Notes: generated by a model from the sequence alone, not told the origin. DNA of 64,000 nt from a bacterium (GCA_043736515.1 JAYTCK010000013.1:12214-76213), one strand, 5' to 3'. Shown: positions 35,653 to 46,329, counted from the stretch's first letter. A program made the numbers and translations.

Positions 35653-36420
35653 TTATTTTAGTTCGATCCAAACTGGACAATGATCTGAGCCATAGATGTT
35701 TGGGGAAATTCCTGCGGAGACAAGTTTGGGCATAGCTTCAGGTGCAAGGAAAAAATAATCGATGCGCCAGCCGACATTGCGTTCTCGTGCGGCTGTTTTC
35801 ATATCCCAATAACTGTATGCTCCTTCCCTGGTCGGATAAAAATGGCGGAATGAATCAATCCAGCCTCGATATGTGAGCTCGTCAATCCACGCACGCTCCT
35901 CAGGTAGGAATCCTGTATTTTTTTCGTTCGCTTTTGGCCGCGCAAGGTCAATTTCTTCATGAGCCGTATTTACATCGCCGCAGAAAATAACTTTCTTTTT
36001 TTGCAAACGGAGTTTTTCAACATAAAGAAGAAATGCATCATAAAAATCAAGCTTATATTTGAGTCGCACTGGTCCGCCTCCGCCATTGGGGAAATAGACA
36101 TTTAAAAGGACAAGGTCACCCCAATGTCCTATAACCACGCGTCCTTCATCATCAAATCCAGGAAGTCCGATACCGTATTCAACCTTGTCAGGTTTTATTT
36201 TCGAATAAAGCGCAACGCCGCTATACCCCTTCTTTATCTTCGAATGTGAAAAATATGCAAAATATCCCTTTGGCGCACGCACTTCTTCGGGGAGCTGGCT
36301 CGGCTCAGCCTTTGTCTCCTGAAGCAGGACAATATCAGCACTGCTTTCATAAAGCCAATCCAAAAAACCTTTCTTGTGCGCAGCCCGTAGTCCGTTCACA
36401 TTCCATGAAACAAGTTTCAT
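35653..36420 (-). CDS. xth: Exodeoxyribonuclease III
   Basis: MKLVSWNVNGLRA, LQETK, GDVNTAH, GWRIDY, SDHCP. Confidence 0.95.
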   Translation of the reverse strand: MKLVSWNVNGLRAAHKKGFLDWLYESSADIVLLQETKAEPSQLPEEVRAPKGYFAYFSHSKIKKGYSGVALYSKIKPDKVEYGIGLPGFDDEGRVVIGHWGDLVLLNVYFPNGGGGPVRLKYKLDFYDAFLLYVEKLRLQKKKVIFCGDVNTAHEEIDLARPKANEKNTGFLPEERAWIDELTYRGWIDSFRHFYPTREGAYSYWDMKTAARERNVGWRIDYFFLAPEAMPKLVSAGISPNIYGSDHCPVWIELK

Positions 36421-36507
36421 GGGAAACATTATATCGCAGGTGGACACTCTTGCGCTAACAACATTTGGACGTAATAATACGAAAGGAAGTTTAAACAGGG
36501 GTTCATC

Positions 36508-36909
36508 ATGGGCAAGATAGTGCGGTTACTACAGAAACCTACCGAATTAATCAGAGGGGAAAATCCCTACATGCCAAGTGCGAAAGTAATAGCAAAATTC
36601 CGCCTTCCGCGAAAACTTGAAATACAGCATCTTGCAAAAGTTGCTGAGACAATCGACCTCGCAGAGCTAGGAATCTGGATACCGCGGTGTCGATATCCTG
36701 AGCGCTATGAGGCTGGGGTTCGCTACGGGCTTGCGCACAATCTTCGGACAGATGTGAAAACACAATTTCGCCCCCTCTTTAGTAGCGGATTTTGTTTGGC
36801 AAAAATTTTTTACCGAACACTCGCACCGAATCACCGGCTCGCCGCTTCAGGATCATACAAGATGAAGGTCAGCCAAAACTGGCAAATAAGCACATTGAAA
36901 GAAGTTTAA
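36508..36909 (+). CDS. Hypothetical protein
   Basis: 133-aa ORF with ATG start, followed by a hairpin. Confidence 0.55.
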   Translation: MGKIVRLLQKPTELIRGENPYMPSAKVIAKFRLPRKLEIQHLAKVAETIDLAELGIWIPRCRYPERYEAGVRYGLAHNLRTDVKTQFRPLFSSGFCLAKIFYRTLAPNHRLAASGSYKMKVSQNWQISTLKEV

Positions 36910-36937
36910 TAGAAAATCGTCCGATGGACGATTTTTT

Positions 36938-36953
36938 TGTTTCACAGGAAACA
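36938..36953. promoter_or_regulatory. parS-like site
   Basis: tgtttcacaggaaaca. Confidence 0.5.
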
Positions 36954-37907
36954 TTACTTTCTTCGTTTGTCGTGAAACATTTTGTGAATTTCGCGTAACT
37001 TCGAATCAGTTACATGCGTGTATATTTGTGTAGTAGAAATATTGGCATGTCCGAGAAGCGCTTGTACCGACCGGAGATCAGCACCGTTTTCAAGGAGGTC
37101 GGTTGCAAAGCTGTGGCGAATAACATGCGGTGTGACTTTTTTAGAAATCCCTGCCTTGATAGCGTAGTGTTTCACAATACGTTCCACGGAGCGCGCGGTG
37201 ATACGAAGCGATGCATTCTCGTTTACGTTAGGGGGTTTACTACCGGCTTTGCCGCTCCGTCCTATGTGAATGAACAGAGCGTCATCCACATCTGTCCTTT
37301 TGTTTAGATAGTCCTTGAGGGCCTGCTTGGCTGTATCGGACAAAAAAACGACACGCACCTTTTCTCCTTTGCCACGTACGGAAAATTCATCGCGCGAAAG
37401 GTCCAAGTCGCGGGGAAGGCCGCAAAGTTCAGAAACGCGTAATCCTGTTGAAAATAGAAGCTCGAGCATTGCCTTATCCCGAAGCTCTGCAAGATTATTC
37501 CCTGCGGGAGATGCCAAGAGACGGCCTAAGTCTTGAGTACTCATGAGATCGAGCTCACGTTCTGATGTTTTTGCCAGTTCAATTCGATCGGGGGGCATGA
37601 CGTTTACGCCTTCTTTCGCGCAATACTTAAGAAACGCACGCAGTGCAATAAGGTAATAGTTTTGAGTACGTTTTTTGAGCGTTGTTCCCTGTATTCCTCG
37701 CTTCGACATGCTCGCCGGTTGTCGATTAAGCCATAAGCGATACTCGCGAATAACCTCATAGGTAATATCTTCGGGCTGCGAGAGCTTAGCGTAGGCGATA
37801 AAACGTGAAAGGTAGTGATCGTAATTCATCACTGTTTTTACGCTTCGTCCTTTTTCGATCTCTGTGTATTCAAGAAATCTACGTTTCCATTCCATAATAT
37901 CCATCAC
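36954..37907 (-). CDS. XerC/XerD-type tyrosine recombinase
   Basis: LFSTGLRVSEL, GKGEK.R, TPHVIRHSFATDLL, LLGHANISTTQIYTHV. Confidence 0.93.
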   Translation of the reverse strand: MMDIMEWKRRFLEYTEIEKGRSVKTVMNYDHYLSRFIAYAKLSQPEDITYEVIREYRLWLNRQPASMSKRGIQGTTLKKRTQNYYLIALRAFLKYCAKEGVNVMPPDRIELAKTSERELDLMSTQDLGRLLASPAGNNLAELRDKAMLELLFSTGLRVSELCGLPRDLDLSRDEFSVRGKGEKVRVVFLSDTAKQALKDYLNKRTDVDDALFIHIGRSGKAGSKPPNVNENASLRITARSVERIVKHYAIKAGISKKVTPHVIRHSFATDLLENGADLRSVQALLGHANISTTQIYTHVTDSKLREIHKMFHDKRRK

Positions 37908-38147
37908 ATCATTATAGTCTGTGTGTCCTACTGTGTATAACGATTGAAAAAAAATATGGCGAATGTTACGATAAGTACATCACCTAAACCTATGTCGTTA
38001 GAATCATTTGTCGAAAAACAAGAAGCCTCTCCTGATAGAATCATGGACCCTTTGGGGGATGTCGATCAAAAAGTAGTCCAAGATGAGATTGATGCGAATC
38101 CACAGATTCTCGCAAATGCCGTAGAAGACCTAGTCTAATTTTTTGGC

Positions 38148-38432
38148 ATGCCTATACCCACCTACACTGATAATCTTGCGAAGGAAGCAAAGAATTTGCT
38201 CAATTCGGCAAATATTACCGTTATTTCCGGAGGAAACATCTTTAGTGATGATCATGAGAGTGAGGACGTAGCAAGCATCAGCATTGAGTCGCTCAATAAA
38301 GAGCTGGCCAGCATTCAGACAAAAGCTGCTCCAGACGATGCAATTGAATTTCTTTCCGAAGAGTCACCCCACGACCTCCCGTTTGAACATTTCAAAAATA
38401 GCCTCAAGGAAGCAGCTCAAAAGACGGCCTAA
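38148..38432 (+). CDS. Hypothetical acidic protein (preceded by a small acidic ORF ~37956-38138)
   Basis: ORF track; ATG starts. Confidence 0.5.
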   Translation: MPIPTYTDNLAKEAKNLLNSANITVISGGNIFSDDHESEDVASISIESLNKELASIQTKAAPDDAIEFLSEESPHDLPFEHFKNSLKEAAQKTA

Positions 38433-38561
38433 GGTCGTTCCTCGGCTTTGAGAGGTGCGACCTTGAAGAAGCTGGCCGTTTTTTGCGGTACTGCTCGATA
38501 AGCGGCAGCCAACTTCTCCGAGGTACGACCTCCCAAGGCTGAGGTCGGACCTCAAGCTGCC
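38424..38561. repeat. Palindromic repeat family A: two copies in opposite orientation (38424-38479, 38504-38561)
   Basis: Consensus cagccarcttctccGAGGTCCGACCTCccaaagctGAGGTCGGACCTCrggctg. Confidence 0.85.
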
Positions 38562-38603
38562 TAAAACTTGCGTACTTTAAATTTGTGTGCTAGGCTACAC
38601 CCC

Positions 38604-38867
38604 ATGCTTACAGTCAAGAAAAAGCAGGTCATTATCGGAAAACACCAGCGTCATGCAGAAGACACGGGTTCTCCGGAAGTGCAGGTTGCGATCATTAGCC
38701 AAAAGATCAACGAACTTGCCGCGCATTTGAAGGATAATAAGAAAGATCATCATTCGCGCCGCGGGCTTCTCAAGATGGTTTCTGATCGACGCGCACACCT
38801 GAAATATTTAAAAAAGAAGAGCGAGACGAAATACAACGCTCTGGTCAAAAAATTAGGAATTAAGTAG
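38604..38867 (+). CDS. rpsO: 30S ribosomal protein S15
   Basis: DTGSPEVQVA, HLKDNKKDHHSRRGLLKMV. Confidence 0.97.
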   Translation: MLTVKKKQVIIGKHQRHAEDTGSPEVQVAIISQKINELAAHLKDNKKDHHSRRGLLKMVSDRRAHLKYLKKKSETKYNALVKKLGIK

Positions 38868-39058
38868 CAATCTTCATAAACGGCGAACACTCGCTCATGA
38901 AGATCAGACAACAATAATGCGCGTTTATCGCGCATTATTTGTTCATCTTGTATCTGTTATAATGTGTAGTGTGCGACATCGGTTTTTATAAATTTTTAAT
39001 TCGTGGGAGGCCTTCGATGAATTTTCTTTGATTATTTCCTCCCACTCTCATTTTTAAT

Positions 39059-39637
39059 ATGGCAATTATCAAACACCTGGACCAGCGTGTGGGCGTTTTC
39101 ATCGACACACAAAATCTCTACCACAGCGCAAAACATCTGTATGATGACTCTCGCGTTAATTTTAATAACATCCTCAAAGACAGCGTCGCCGGGCGAAAAC
39201 TTATTCGTGCGATGGCGTATGTAATCTCCACAAAAGGAGGGGAGGAGAGTGTCTTTTTTGATGCACTGAATAAAATCGGCATCGAAACACGCGTCAAAGA
39301 ACTCCAGGAGTTTTGGGGAGGGGCAAAAAAGGGTGACTGGGACGTTGGGCTCGCCGTTGATGCTATTACACTTGCCCCAAAACTCGACGCAGTAATCATT
39401 GCTTCCGGCGACGGAGACTTTGTGCCGCTTGTGGAATACCTGCGCGTTAATATGGGAACTCAAGTAGAGGTGATCGCTTTCGGCAAGTCAGCATCTACAA
39501 AACTTCGCGAAGCAGCAGACGATTTCTTCGACCTTTCAGACGATCCAGCATCCTATTTGATAGGCTACAAGGAAAAGCGCAGGACAAACGGAAACGGCCG
39601 AAACGGAGGCGCTACAAGACGCGCCGTGTCACTATAG
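39059..39637 (+). CDS. NYN domain (LabA/DUF88) protein
   Basis: VFIDTQNLY, KGDWDVGLAVD, SGDGDFVPLV. Confidence 0.9.
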   Translation: MAIIKHLDQRVGVFIDTQNLYHSAKHLYDDSRVNFNNILKDSVAGRKLIRAMAYVISTKGGEESVFFDALNKIGIETRVKELQEFWGGAKKGDWDVGLAVDAITLAPKLDAVIIASGDGDFVPLVEYLRVNMGTQVEVIAFGKSASTKLREAADDFFDLSDDPASYLIGYKEKRRTNGNGRNGGATRRAVSL

Positions 39638-39695
39638 AATTTACACAAAAGCTTTACTGTGTTAGCTTGGTGGAAGATGAGCCAAAGGAGTTTTC

Positions 39696-39794
39696 ATGGA
39701 TTTCTGGATAGAAAGTGCATGGTTTCTGGCAACGGGATGCGCAATCGGTGCTGTCATCTTTGGAATAGCACTCCTTGCACAACGCAAGAAGTAA
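39696..39794 (+). CDS. Small (32 aa) single-pass membrane protein
   Basis: AAAGGAG RBS, then MDFWIESAWFLATGCAIGAVIFGIALLAQRKK*, then a hairpin and T-run; below the ORF-track cutoff. Confidence 0.65.
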   Translation: MDFWIESAWFLATGCAIGAVIFGIALLAQRKK

Positions 39795-39949
39795 CCGTGA
39801 CGCAATGCCCTCAACCGGGGGCTTTTGTTTTTGCTAATTTTTGATAGAGTGACAACATTAATGGTTGTGGCGCACAGATCATCTTGTTGAACCCAGCAGA
39901 ATAAGGAGTTCAATTCGAGAATCTGAGCGACACAAAGTAATTTTGTGTT

Positions 39950-42109
39950 ATGAAAAAAGAATCATACGAAGTAGAGATCGGTGGCAAAAAACTTATTGCG
40001 GAGTTTAATGACCTTGCAGATCAAGCGCATGGATCAGTGATGATCCGTTATGGGAACACCGTCATACTTGCAACGACAGTAATGTCGAACAAAAAACGTG
40101 AGGGTGGAGACTTCTTCCCGCTCACGGTTGATTATGAGGAGCGGTTTTATGCCGCAGGGCAAATTCTCGGAAGTCGCTTTATGCGACGCGAAGGCAGGCC
40201 CTCGGATGCAGCAGTGCTTTCGGGTCGTATCATTGATCGCACCATTCGCCCTCTTTTTGACGGACGTATTCGCTACGACGTACAAGTGGTTATTACGGTA
40301 CTTTCTATCGATGATAATGAGCCCGACATCCTCGCAGTCAACGGTGCATCACTCGCCCTTGCGACATCAGACATTCCCTTTGACGGACCCGTCTCTGCAA
40401 TTCGTGTCGCACGACAAAATGGTAAGTGGGTCACTCTTCCGTCATTCAAAGTTGAGGAAGGTCACGAGGTCATCGACGGGGACTGTGAACTTGTTGTGTG
40501 CGGAAAGGATGGCAATGTAAACATGATTGAAATGGGTGGAAAAGAAATTCCGGAAGATGCGGTGATGGAAGGACTCGCGTATGCAAGTGCGGAAATCGAA
40601 AAGCTGCAAAAATTTCAAAAGGAAGTCGTTGCAAAACGCGGGAAAGCAAAGCGCGCTATTGTGCTTGATGAGATTGGTGATGATATCAAAGCTCTGTTCG
40701 CGGAAAAAATCGCTCCGAAATTTGAAGCATCTATTTGGGGGGAGGCGGGCCGCGCGCGTGAATATGCACTCCTTGAAGAGTGGCTCTTGTCTGTAAAGGA
40801 GGTAGAAGGAATGAATGTGAAACTTGCAGAACAATACTTCGATGATGCAGTGAATGATCTCCTCCACACAAAAGCCATCAATGAGAACAAGCGCCCTGAT
40901 GGTCGCGGGTTTGATGACGTGCGACCGCTCTTTGCACAAGCAGGAGAAGTATCTCCCGTCTTGCACGGAACAGGAATTTTTTATCGTGGAGGAACTCATG
41001 TACTCTCCGTCTTAACCCTTGGCGGACCGCAAGATTCACAAATTGTTGAGGGTATGGAAGTGCAGGGCAAGAAACGCTATATGCATCATTACAACTTCCC
41101 ACCGTTCTCCTCAGGTGAGACGGGTCGCATGGGGGGCATGAACCGCCGCGCAATAGGCCATGGTGCACTCGCAGAGAAGGCGCTCATGCCTGTGTTGCCT
41201 GAAAAAGAGGCTTTCCCTTACACTATTCGCATCGTCTCAGAATCAATGGCTTCGAACGGTTCTACATCAATGGCCTCGGTGTGTGGTTCAACACTTGCAC
41301 TCATGGATGCCGGTGTACCTATCACAAGCCCAGTCGCTGGTATTGCATCCGGACTTATGATGGAGTCAGCAACAAAGTATAAAGTACTTACCGACATTCA
41401 AGGCCCTGAGGACCATCATGGGGATATGGACTTTAAAGTAGCGGGAACAAAGAACGGGGTCACAGCAATACAAATGGATGTAAAGGTTGGAGGTATTCCG
41501 CTTCCGATACTTAAAGAGGCATTTGAAAAAGCAAAAGCTGCACGTATCACCATCCTTGCGACAATGAAAGCCGCAATTGACGCTCCACGAGGTGATATTT
41601 CTCCCTACGCACCAAAGATCGTCGTGATAAAGATCAAGCCCGATCAAATCGGCATGGTCATCGGATCGGGCGGCAAGACAGTAAATGAAATTCGTGAAAT
41701 GACCGGAGCTGAGATCGATATTGAAGATGACGGCACAGTATTCTGCACCGGAAAAAATGGTAGTGCTGAGAAAGCGCGTGATATCATCGCAGAGATGACG
41801 CATGAATATCAGCCGGGGGAAATGTTTAAGGGTGTTGTTACTCGCCTTATGGACTTTGGTGCGTTCGTGAAAATCGGGCACAGCGCAGAAGGTTTGGTGC
41901 ATGTTTCCGAGATTGCATCATTCCGCGTCGAGCGCGTCACTGACTATATTAAGGAGGGAATGGAAGTTCCCGTTGTCGTGAAAGAAGTTGACGAAAAAGG
42001 ACGCATCAACCTCTCAATAAAGCGAGCCGATGCAAATTTCTTTCAACAAAAAGATACTCCACCATCCCCAACCGCACGACCATTCACCCCAAAACCACCG
42101 ACTCAATAA
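39950..42109 (+). CDS. pnp: Polyribonucleotide nucleotidyltransferase
   Basis: FFPLTVDY, RREGRPS, HYNFPPFS, SNGSTSMASVC, GDMDFKVAG, KH and S1 domains. Confidence 0.97.
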   Translation: MKKESYEVEIGGKKLIAEFNDLADQAHGSVMIRYGNTVILATTVMSNKKREGGDFFPLTVDYEERFYAAGQILGSRFMRREGRPSDAAVLSGRIIDRTIRPLFDGRIRYDVQVVITVLSIDDNEPDILAVNGASLALATSDIPFDGPVSAIRVARQNGKWVTLPSFKVEEGHEVIDGDCELVVCGKDGNVNMIEMGGKEIPEDAVMEGLAYASAEIEKLQKFQKEVVAKRGKAKRAIVLDEIGDDIKALFAEKIAPKFEASIWGEAGRAREYALLEEWLLSVKEVEGMNVKLAEQYFDDAVNDLLHTKAINENKRPDGRGFDDVRPLFAQAGEVSPVLHGTGIFYRGGTHVLSVLTLGGPQDSQIVEGMEVQGKKRYMHHYNFPPFSSGETGRMGGMNRRAIGHGALAEKALMPVLPEKEAFPYTIRIVSESMASNGSTSMASVCGSTLALMDAGVPITSPVAGIASGLMMESATKYKVLTDIQGPEDHHGDMDFKVAGTKNGVTAIQMDVKVGGIPLPILKEAFEKAKAARITILATMKAAIDAPRGDISPYAPKIVVIKIKPDQIGMVIGSGGKTVNEIREMTGAEIDIEDDGTVFCTGKNGSAEKARDIIAEMTHEYQPGEMFKGVVTRLMDFGAFVKIGHSAEGLVHVSEIASFRVERVTDYIKEGMEVPVVVKEVDEKGRINLSIKRADANFFQQKDTPPSPTARPFTPKPPTQ

Positions 42110-42186
42110 TATGGAAGAAAACATCCGCCCCTCATAACAGGCGGATGTTTTGTTGTATGCGAGCAAACACAGCGTATAATAAGCGA

Positions 42187-43080
42187 ATGAAGGAAATCTC
42201 GTATGATGATTCACTGTTTAAAAACAAAGAATCAGAGTGGCTTAAAAAACATAAACAACGGATCCCTCCGCCTGTTTCTCCTTTACCGCCACAGGAAGTG
42301 GCAATAAAAGAAGTAGCAGTACCTGCTGCACTAGTGAGACCGGTCGCTCATACCGTTACAGAGGACGAAGAGCACCATTTTGGTTTAATTATTTTTGTGC
42401 TCACTCTTGTGCTCGCCTTCGGAATCGGAGTAGGAGCGTATGTACTTATTGGGATAAATAAGAAACGTGTTGCTGTCGACGAAACGCCTGTAGTTGAGAA
42501 GATCGCCACCAACGATGTCCAGTATACCAACATACTGTTAAGCAACTCTCCTCGTGCTCAAGTCCTTGTTGACGTTGCCCTCGCTTTTAAAAATACATCA
42601 CTCACAGAGAGTGGTGTGCACCATGTTGCGTTCATGGAGAGCACCACAAAAGAGACTACGCGACCGGCAACAGTGCGCGAGCTCTTCGGAGCGATACGCG
42701 TTGAACGTGTCTCTGACGCACTCTTCAATTCTCTGGAAGACAGCTTGAAATATGAAATCTATTCAGATCCAGTGCCTGCAGGCAAACTTATTTTGTCATC
42801 CCGAGGAAGTGCGCATACATTTGGTGCATTCTTTGACTGGGAAGCGGGCATGGTCCGAACGCTTGTTCCACTCCTCCATCCCATACAACCCACAAGTTAT
42901 CTGAAGGACCTTGAGGGGAGGAAATTCCATGATGAACGCATTGGCACGATCGACGCTCGGGTCCTCTTTGATGGGGGAGAAAATGTTGTGCTTATCTACG
43001 GATTTATTGATCCTAAAACATTCGTTATTGCTGGAAGTAGAGAGGCTTTTTTCAAAGAAAGTTCAAAAATTGAGAAATAA
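42187..43080 (+). CDS. Hypothetical single-pass membrane protein
   Basis: Pro-rich N-terminus, one TM helix. Confidence 0.7.
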   Translation: MKEISYDDSLFKNKESEWLKKHKQRIPPPVSPLPPQEVAIKEVAVPAALVRPVAHTVTEDEEHHFGLIIFVLTLVLAFGIGVGAYVLIGINKKRVAVDETPVVEKIATNDVQYTNILLSNSPRAQVLVDVALAFKNTSLTESGVHHVAFMESTTKETTRPATVRELFGAIRVERVSDALFNSLEDSLKYEIYSDPVPAGKLILSSRGSAHTFGAFFDWEAGMVRTLVPLLHPIQPTSYLKDLEGRKFHDERIGTIDARVLFDGGENVVLIYGFIDPKTFVIAGSREAFFKESSKIEK

Positions 43081-43137
43081 TAAAACGGAAATGGCCGTGT
43101 TTGCATCCTTTATACACATTGCGTATGATGGGCAGAT

Positions 43138-43494
43138 ATGGATACAGCACAATACAAGGAATCACTTTTAACGGAGCTGGCACTGCTTAAAAAAGAACTG
43201 GAGAATGTCGGCCGCATTAATCCGGATAATCAAAATGACTGGGAGCCAGTTGCAAACGACCTCAATATTGATACAGCCGAAGATGAGGAGCGAGCTGCCG
43301 GTATTATTGATTTTGAAGCACAGAGTGCAGTAGAGTTTACCCTCGAAGAGCGATTCAATAAAGTAAAAGCTGCGCTCGAGCGCATCGAGAACAACAACTA
43401 TGGTCTCTGCCGTGTGTGCAAAGAGCGAGTTGAAGATGCGCGTCTTCGCGTAAACCCTTCTGCCGAAACGTGTATCGCTCACAGGGATAACTAA
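43138..43494 (+). CDS. DksA/TraR C4 zinc-finger protein
   Basis: ALERIENNNYGLCRVC...RLRVNPSAETCIAH. Confidence 0.88.
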   Translation: MDTAQYKESLLTELALLKKELENVGRINPDNQNDWEPVANDLNIDTAEDEERAAGIIDFEAQSAVEFTLEERFNKVKAALERIENNNYGLCRVCKERVEDARLRVNPSAETCIAHRDN

Positions 43495-45089
43495 TGAGTA
43501 TGGTAGCGAAAGTATACTCAGCCCAACCGACAATATTCGGTGCACATCCGATCACTATCGAGGCGGATCTCGCAAAAGGTCTCCACGCGTTTACCATTGT
43601 CGGACTTGCCGATAAAGCCGTGGATGAATCGCGCGACCGCGTGAGTGCTGCCATCAAAAATTCCGGATGGAAGTCTCCCAAACAACGCAATCAAAAAATT
43701 ACCGTTGCACTTGCGCCTGCTGATCTTAAAAAGTCTGGACCCCTTTTTGATCTCCCCATTGCACTCTGCTATCTGCTTGCGGCCAATGATATTCGATTTA
43801 ATTCTGCAGAAAAACTTTTTGTTGGTGAGCTTGCACTCGACGGAGCAGTGCGGGGTGTCCGTGGAGTCCTCGCGATTGCTTCTGAGGCAAAGAGGCGCGG
43901 AATAAAAGAACTCTATGTCCCAAAAGAAAATGCCGAAGAAGCGGCGCTAGTATCTGGCATTACGGTATATCCTGTCACGTCGCTTTACGAAATCATTGCG
44001 CATCTCTCACCAACCAGCAACATCGCGCATGAAGAGGGCGAAGAGAGGGTAGGTATCGTGCTGAAGCGAATCGACCCAATGCCCCACACCAAGCTTACGC
44101 ACAAGGAAATAAAAACTGCGGACCGTTCGTTTGCGGATATTCGCGGACAAGAAGTTGCAAAGCGTGGGCTCATGATCGCCGCGGCGGGTGGCCACAATAT
44201 CGCAATGTGGGGACCGCCCGGTACAGGTAAGTCCATGCTCTCCAAGGCATTTACCGAACTTCTTCCACCGCTCTCGGAAGCTGAGGCTCTTGAAGTAACG
44301 GCGATACATTCAATTGCAGGCCAACTCAAAGAGAGTATCATCGCGCTACCGCCTTTTCGCTCTCCGCATCATACTGCCTCATACGTATCTGTCGTTGGTG
44401 GGGGGACTACTCCCAAGCCTGGTGAAGTCACGCTTGCACACCATGGTGTACTTTTTCTTGATGAGTTCCCTGAATTTGATAAACGCGTACTTGAATCGCT
44501 ACGTCAACCGCTTGAGGAGGGCATTGTGCACATCTCGCGCGCCAAGGGTTCCGAGCAATTCCCAGCCCGTTTTATTCTGGTCGCAGCAATGAACCCTTGC
44601 CCGTGCGGATACTTCGGTGACCCGAAGAAGCAATGCGCATGCAATCCCGCACAGATCACACGTTACCAACGCAAAGTATCAGGACCGATTGTGGACCGCA
44701 TCGACCTCTGGATCGAAGTTCCGCGTCTTCCACACAGCACTCTTGCGCCGGGAAAACGCGATGTAAATGCACACAAACAATTTGATGAGTTTACCAAAAA
44801 AATTCTCTCTGCACGGCATCATCAAGCAAATCGTTTTGCCGGCAATGAGAAAGTGAAGCTCAATGCGCATATGGGAGTACGTGATATCGACCGCATGATC
44901 AAACTCACTGACAAAGTAACAACACTATTAAACGATAGCGCAAAACGTCTCGATCTTTCACCGCGCGCATATCACCGTATTATTAAGCTCGCGCGCACGA
45001 TTGCCGATCTCGACGAATCCCGTTATGTTGGAGAAGCACACATCCTTGAGGCACTGCAGTACCGCCCTAAACGCTTATTCGCATCATAA
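43494..45089 (+). CDS. comM: ComM/YifB Mg-chelatase-like AAA+ ATPase
   Basis: IVGLADKAVDESRDRV, GPPGTGKSML, PFRSPHH, LFLDEFPEF, MNPCPCG. Confidence 0.93.
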   Translation: MSMVAKVYSAQPTIFGAHPITIEADLAKGLHAFTIVGLADKAVDESRDRVSAAIKNSGWKSPKQRNQKITVALAPADLKKSGPLFDLPIALCYLLAANDIRFNSAEKLFVGELALDGAVRGVRGVLAIASEAKRRGIKELYVPKENAEEAALVSGITVYPVTSLYEIIAHLSPTSNIAHEEGEERVGIVLKRIDPMPHTKLTHKEIKTADRSFADIRGQEVAKRGLMIAAAGGHNIAMWGPPGTGKSMLSKAFTELLPPLSEAEALEVTAIHSIAGQLKESIIALPPFRSPHHTASYVSVVGGGTTPKPGEVTLAHHGVLFLDEFPEFDKRVLESLRQPLEEGIVHISRAKGSEQFPARFILVAAMNPCPCGYFGDPKKQCACNPAQITRYQRKVSGPIVDRIDLWIEVPRLPHSTLAPGKRDVNAHKQFDEFTKKILSARHHQANRFAGNEKVKLNAHMGVRDIDRMIKLTDKVTTLLNDSAKRLDLSPRAYHRIIKLARTIADLDESRYVGEAHILEALQYRPKRLFAS

Positions 45090-45104
45090 TCGACCCGCAA
45101 AAAC

Positions 45105-45620
45105 ATGGAAGAACAAATAATTACCGTAAACGAAAAAGATGAGCCGATCGGAACAATGGGGAAACTTGAAGCCCACCAAAAAGGAATGCTTCATCGCGCA
45201 TTTTCAATTTTCATAAAAAATAACGAGGGGAAGTTTTTACTCCAGCTGCGTGCAAAAACCAAATACCATAGCGGCGGGCTCTGGACGAACACCTGCTGCG
45301 GCCACCCTAAAGCGGGGGAAGAGACCTTGGCTGCGGCCCACCGCCGACTCCGTGAAGAAATGGGTTTTGATTGTAATCTCGAAGAAGTGTTTGTTTTTCA
45401 CTATCAGACTGCGCTCGAGCGTGGGTTACAAGAAAATGAAATCGACCACGTATTTGTTGGGACTTATGATCAAGAGCCGAATATCAATCCTGAAGAGGCA
45501 GAAGATTGGGCGTGGATGACGCGTGTGGAAATCGAGAAAGATATTGCAGAACGACCTCAAAAATATACATACTGGTTTGGGATCGCAATACAAAAAGCAA
45601 AAGAAGGAGGTTTCTTTTAG
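45105..45620 (+). CDS. idi: Isopentenyl-diphosphate delta-isomerase, type 1
   Basis: LHRAFSIF, WTNTCCGHP, RRLREEMG, ENEIDHV. Confidence 0.93.
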   Translation: MEEQIITVNEKDEPIGTMGKLEAHQKGMLHRAFSIFIKNNEGKFLLQLRAKTKYHSGGLWTNTCCGHPKAGEETLAAAHRRLREEMGFDCNLEEVFVFHYQTALERGLQENEIDHVFVGTYDQEPNINPEEAEDWAWMTRVEIEKDIAERPQKYTYWFGIAIQKAKEGGFF

Positions 45621-45636
45621 CACCCACATTTATAAA

Positions 45637-46329
45637 TCAGCGCACGTGCACACGATGGTGCGTGATACGCATTTGAATATCATCGACAGGCTTGAGTAAT
45701 TTTTCTTGTTGGTGGGAAACAAATTTGTAGTGCGTAATGTCGCACATATCTTCAGCGATCTTCCACGCATCATTTCCCGTGATCCATTTTTCAGGCTTAT
45801 ATCGTGACAAATCGAGCGGACGTGAATAGGTGCGCAGTGTCTTGTCGCCCGTTTGATTATAGTACTCGTGAAAATATGACATGACGAGTTCGCGGAGCGA
45901 GCGGTAGATCGGATCACGGTAGCGTACATAGGCATGGTTGCCTTTTGAAATGGCTCCCCAATATCCATTTTTTTTAAACACAGCGATAATGTGGTCGTCG
46001 TCCTTGTTGTTCGCAGCGAGATCAACAAGCAGGGGACTCTCGCCATGAAACCAGAACGCAAGAGCGGCCAGAAGTGCTCCCTCAATGCAGTGTGCACGGT
46101 TGGTCTTCATGACTTCGCGCACCGACATGCAGCTATCGCCATTACGCTCAAAGTTCTGCGGAATTGCAGAAACAAAGTCCTGAATTTTTTGTGGGGTGTT
46201 AAGTCTCTTTAACACAGCAATCTCCTTTGAAGTAAGACCTATTTTTTTGTTATCAAAAGCAATTTTGTTCACTATTTCAGTGTAACAAAAAAAGAGGGGA
46301 TTCTCCTCTTTGTTTACTGCCCTTAACAC
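45637..46329 (-). CDS. Hypothetical protein with transglutaminase-like Cys/His motifs (start uncertain)
   Basis: RAHCIEGALLAA, DDDHIIAVF, WGAISK. Confidence 0.7.
   Translation of the reverse strand: MLRAVNKEENPLFFCYTEIVNKIAFDNKKIGLTSKEIAVLKRLNTPQKIQDFVSAIPQNFERNGDSCMSVREVMKTNRAHCIEGALLAALAFWFHGESPLLVDLAANNKDDDHIIAVFKKNGYWGAISKGNHAYVRYRDPIYRSLRELVMSYFHEYYNQTGDKTLRTYSRPLDLSRYKPEKWITGNDAWKIAEDMCDITHYKFVSHQQEKLLKPVDDIQMRITHHRVHVR

Noticed and set aside
36954-37907. Tyrosine recombinase as a prophage or integron integrase
   Set aside because: It has XerC/D-like motifs in a housekeeping context, with no phage genes or attC array.
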